From the NCBI GenBank assembly GCA_030704615.1, contig CM060731.1, forward strand, positions 95,356,001 through 95,420,000: a DNA stretch of 64,000 nt. Direction: 5' to 3'. Positions within the stretch are counted from its first letter, which is position 1; each line of letters opens with the position of its first letter. The notes below the pieces were generated by a model. That model ran no database searches, was not told the DNA's origin, and saw only the letters and a list, made by a program, of their open reading frames with translations. This document shows, piece after piece, positions 60,023 through 64,000 of the stretch. The position numbers and the translations under genes were made by a program. The stretch is from Takakia lepidozioides. Taxonomy: Eukaryota; Plantae; Bryophyta.

Positions 60023-63000
60023 CTGTTCTTCTTATGCTCGAACCTGAGAGGGAGGGAGTGCGTGCACCAGAGAAGAGCATCATCGCATGCTCCGAAAATT
60101 GTACTTCGGACGTAGGCCAATGCCGAAGGGGAGGAAGCAGATGCGTCTATAGGAGGAGATTGCCATCTCGCAGCATCAGGGCACGCAGGCAACCCAACCA
60201 CTAGTGAAAGCTCCGTGCTATCGGGATTTTCCAGCTGATCGAGCACCGAAACCCCCCTCATTTTTCTTCTGCAATTCTTACACTGTATGCTAGGAGACTT
60301 GAATGCAGAAGATGTTTGCATGCCTAACCGGAAAGGTGGACGTGCTGGAGGGATCATAGGAATCCAAAGAGCCGCAGGCACAGTCCGTGGAGCTAGCTGC
60401 AGCACGCACACCCAGCTGATCCACGAGCACGGGTCTTCCTACCGGGCCTAGCCCTGTGCATTTCAAGGACGCGGCTTCGAAGGGCAAGTCTTTGCAGTTC
60501 AAAGCCCCAGAGAGCGACTCGCGTTCGAAGGTCATGGAGAATCGCCAGCAGGGGTCTAGCCCTTCTCCAGCAAAGACGAAGAAGAAGCAGCCCGTCCTTC
60601 AACTTGTTTCTGAACTGGACCAGGCCGTTTCCCCCCCACCCAGGCGAATGAAGCAGATTCAATTGCAGCAGACACCTTCATCTGCAAGAATGAGGAAGCA
60701 GAAGGCAATCAGGGGGAGGGCGGAGCAGTCTCCCGCAAAACCGATTCCACGAGCTGAAGCCCAGTTCCTGCTTGATTTCCAGCCTGGTGATGTTGGGGGC
60801 GTCTCTGCTCCAGCGAAGGCAATGGGATCGACCGATTTCGTCGATCTGGTACCGGAGGAGGGTGCTGCCGCTCAATGTTCGCAGCAAGACCTGACCACCG
60901 TTGAGGAAGATCTTCAGAATACTGCAGGCTCGGAGGAGGCCTCTGTAATTGCAGAATTGCCCGCAAAGATTCCCCAGAGTGCAGCTCTAGTTGGGGATGC
61001 TCCAGCTGCTCAGCCCCTACCGCCACCAGCAGAAATGTCCCCAGAGGAATTCCAAAGTGCAGCGGATACAATGTTGGAGGAGACACATAGTAGCATTGGC
61101 AGAGTTCTGGGCAGCAGGGTATTCCAGCGGACTCTTCGAATCCCACTCTGTCGCATGGTCTCCCTTCCCATCGTCAGGCAGGCACTTCCCGGAGATGTGG
61201 ATAAGCTCAAGTTTGCATTTCGAGAAGGGTACCATCTAGGTTCGCCAGCCTTCTACGTTTCCCTTGAGAATGAGGACGGCGAATCTCGTAGACCCACTGC
61301 GGATGAATTGTCAACATGGGATACCCACTGGCACACTCGCAACGACAAATTCGAGGCAACGCTGAAGGGTGATCCAGACTTCGGCCATATGTCGGGTAAA
61401 CGGGAATCACCGACTTCTTGCCTGGTGGGAGTACATCAATGCCAAGCACATTGGCTGGCATTACATGGTGGAGTGTGTCATCCTCAAGGTGAAGGTGGCA
61501 GACTCCTCCCTGCTCAAGAATGCCATGGCGGACCTCAACTCGTAAGATACTCATACCCTCCCAAGCACATTCGAAATGCGGTGCCGCATTTCGGTTTCCA
61601 ATCTGTTTTGTTTCCGTGCTTTCGTGGACTGAACTGGAGAGTGTGCCTTGCAGGGTCACTGAAAATGCGTACGTGCATACCCACATGGCACATATGCTGT
61701 ACAGGGTGGGAAATCTGGTCTCACTGATCCGCACATGTTTGCGGAAATACTGGAGCCCGAGCTCATTCAGAAAGCCGTGGCAAAAACTGACCGGACATGG
61801 TATCGTCTCACTATGGATGAAATGGTGGAGGTGATATACGAAGTAAGACGTCCTCCCATTTCCCTCTGCTCATCCTTCCCCAATTTTCAGTAATCTTTCC
61901 ACATGAATCGAATGTAACGCTTCTGCATGTTTTTGTTGGCAGTCAAACATCAAGCTGGATTTGGCCCATGCCAAACGCTTCTTCATGGAAAATGAGGGGC
62001 AGGTCAAAACATTGCAGTCATTGACTGAGCACTTAAAGGAAGCCGGGGTCAAGTCCAGAACGAAATACAAGTCAAAGCTTGTGAAGCTGGTGGCCATTGC
62101 AGATCCGGCACTTGGAAAGGACTTCATCCCCGAGATTGCAAAACACTATTCTCGGGCCATGCAGCCGACCATGCAGTTGGAGAAATTGCGTCACCTCTCA
62201 ACGGCATGTGTTGAAGCGAAAGAGAAGGTGATGTTTCAATGCACTGAAGTTCCTTCCTAGCAATAGCCACTCTTCTTCCTGCTCCTGACATTGGATCGGA
62301 AATGGCAGACACGGTGGCTGTCGATCTGGAATGCATCGGAGAGTATAAGGACAATGTGGTCTTTTCCACTCGAAGTTTCCGACCCTGCAGTGGATGTGTG
62401 GCTCAACCGCGTGACTTGGTGGTTCCAGATAATTCAAGGTACTTCCCCAGATTTGCTTTTCTGAAATGAATTCCCTGAACTGCTACGTGACAATGCATGT
62501 GGGAATCGCAGGTAATGACGAATGCGAATGAACAAGTCGTAATGCATACAAATTCGTTCGGCTTGTACGTCAAATGGGATGGAACACAGACATTGGAAGA
62601 CTACGTGACACGTTTCAGATGTGCGTACAAGGACAACCTCTTCGCCAGGGAGCTGCAGACAGCAAGAAGGAGCGTGGAGTTTACACATCAGGAGGGAGCG
62701 GGAAAAGCTGCAATGCGAATTGTTTACAGGTGAAGCCTAGCTGTCCTTGTATGCAAAGCCTGGTTATGAGGTTTGTCTGGGAAATGCGGCACCGCATTCG
62801 CATTTTAAGTTTTCGGTTGCACTCTGCCAGTACGTTGGTCTCAACTTTTGCTCACGCATGCTGACTGCCCTGCAGGTATATGAAATACGTGCTTCTTCAA
62901 ACAGGGGCCCTGGCTCAAGAGCCCCCGCTCTTCATGGCTTGGACCGTGGCGGGCCCAAGCAGTGTCTACACACCCGAGATGCAGAAACAATGGCATGCCG

Positions 63001-64000
63001 CGCATCTGGTTGGATGCCCGTGGTACCTGGACATGTCTGGCGGAATTGTTGACGAGTCTGAGAAAGATCTGCACGCGAAAGCAGAAGAGAAGAGAAAGGA
63101 AAGACGTGTCCCTGCTCGGCCAGAGTCGGCAAAGGAAGCTGCTGCTCTGGAACAATCCAGAAAGGCAGCTGAGATGGCACAGAAGACGGTGGATGCAGCT
63201 GTGCAGGCTCAAGAGAAGGGGTCGAAGAAGCGGACTCGCCAGCAAGGAGCAGCAGTTGTGACACCCAAGAAAACGAAGAAGCAGAAACAGATAGTGTAGG
63301 TAGAGGGTGAGGAAGAGGACTCCGATGGAGACTTTGCAACCAGCCCACCCCCCGAGACGCAGCCGAAATCCCCTGTGCCCACCGTTGTCACGAGAGGGAC
63401 GAGAACTGGCTCGGCAAAGAAGGCACTCTTCAACCCCCCGGGGGGCACCCTTTCGAGCCGGTGGAAATGAAGAGGCCGAAAGTGGATCCCGATACAGTAG
63501 TCCAGTGTGTGAATGAGAGTTTCTTGGCGGCTTTGGATGGACGGGCAGCCAAGTTGGCATACATGAAGACCATGGAGGGTCTGAAGGGCAGAGCACTGAA
63601 GAAGGCGGCTGCCGAAGAGCCTTCTGACACCCCTGGGTTTCTGAAGATGGTCTCGTTCTTTGAGAGGGTGTGTGCAGACAATGATTGCAGGAGGGGCGGA
63701 AATGCCACCAAGTGGTCTTGCGATATGATCATCTTGGATATTCCGGACGGAGAGCCTGTGGAAGGACTGCAAGCTTTGCCATCTTGGAACAGGTACTCCG
63801 AGGACTTTTGGAAGAAAGGATTCGGGCTCGCCCGCATGGTGTTGGACGACAGAGGCTATGTGGTTGTCTTGGCGAGCAGAGGCAAAAACACGCACACAGG
63901 AATTGCGAAGTGGACCCGCAAGAGCGCCGTCCCAATTCTGAAGAAGAAGTGGACGTGCATCAACACATTGGGCCTTCGGTCGGAAGGGAAGAAGGTAATT
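60023..64000 (+). mobile_element. Family A copy 4 (partial; left part displaced by the LTR element, right part beyond window)
   Basis: Colinear with A3 from 46391 onward. Confidence 0.85.
60034..64000 (+). pseudogene. Gene X copy A4, decayed
   Basis: CAG>TAG stops (e.g. ~60149, ~60358, 63297-63299) and small deletions in the ParB-like motif region (~61400-61440). Confidence 0.8.

Noticed and set aside
1-64000. Bacterial plasmid or prophage contamination suggested by ParB/MTase motifs
   Set aside because: The genes have conserved spliceosomal introns and are interleaved with LTR retrotransposons through TSD-verified insertions.

Overview
Eukaryotic, plant-like, transposon-saturated region (GT-AG introns, Ty3/gypsy LTR elements, one 500-N gap); no clearly intact host gene. 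It is dominated by a family of large Mutator-like (MULE) DNA transposons with short asymmetric 21-bp TIRs (left GAGGTT(T/A)(A/G)CTATTTCATGAGC, right GCTCATGAAATAGCAGCCCCC) and 8-bp TSDs. The complete copy A2 (20065-34730, 14,666 bp, TSD CTTCTACT) carries: (i) a two-exon GCM/WRKY-like-DBD + MULE DDE + SWIM transposase on the minus strand; (ii) a ~1.7-kb array of >30 22-bp palindromes GGAAATGCGGYRCCGCATTTCC spaced every ~53 bp; (iii) a divergent ~10-exon gene whose product joins a ParB/Sulfiredoxin-like domain (WDGNHRLLAW) to a beta-class N4C/N6A DNA-methyltransferase-like domain (DMIILDIPDG ... VLDLICGTG); (iv) one or two head-to-head paralogous ORFs of unknown function. There are four family-A copies (A1-A4), a diverged family-B element (14501-37292, TSD TTCCCCAG, with A2 nested in an intron) and a remnant of a third family (C). 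Each family has its own variant of the palindrome around a shared CGGYRCCG core. The most interesting hypothesis is a transposon-encoded ParB/parS-like, methyltransferase-linked self-recognition system, functionally reminiscent of VANDAL/VANC anti-silencing but built from prokaryote-type domains. Domain calls are from motif reading by eye, not from database searches. The rest of the window is nested LTR retrotransposon pieces and RING-finger fragments.
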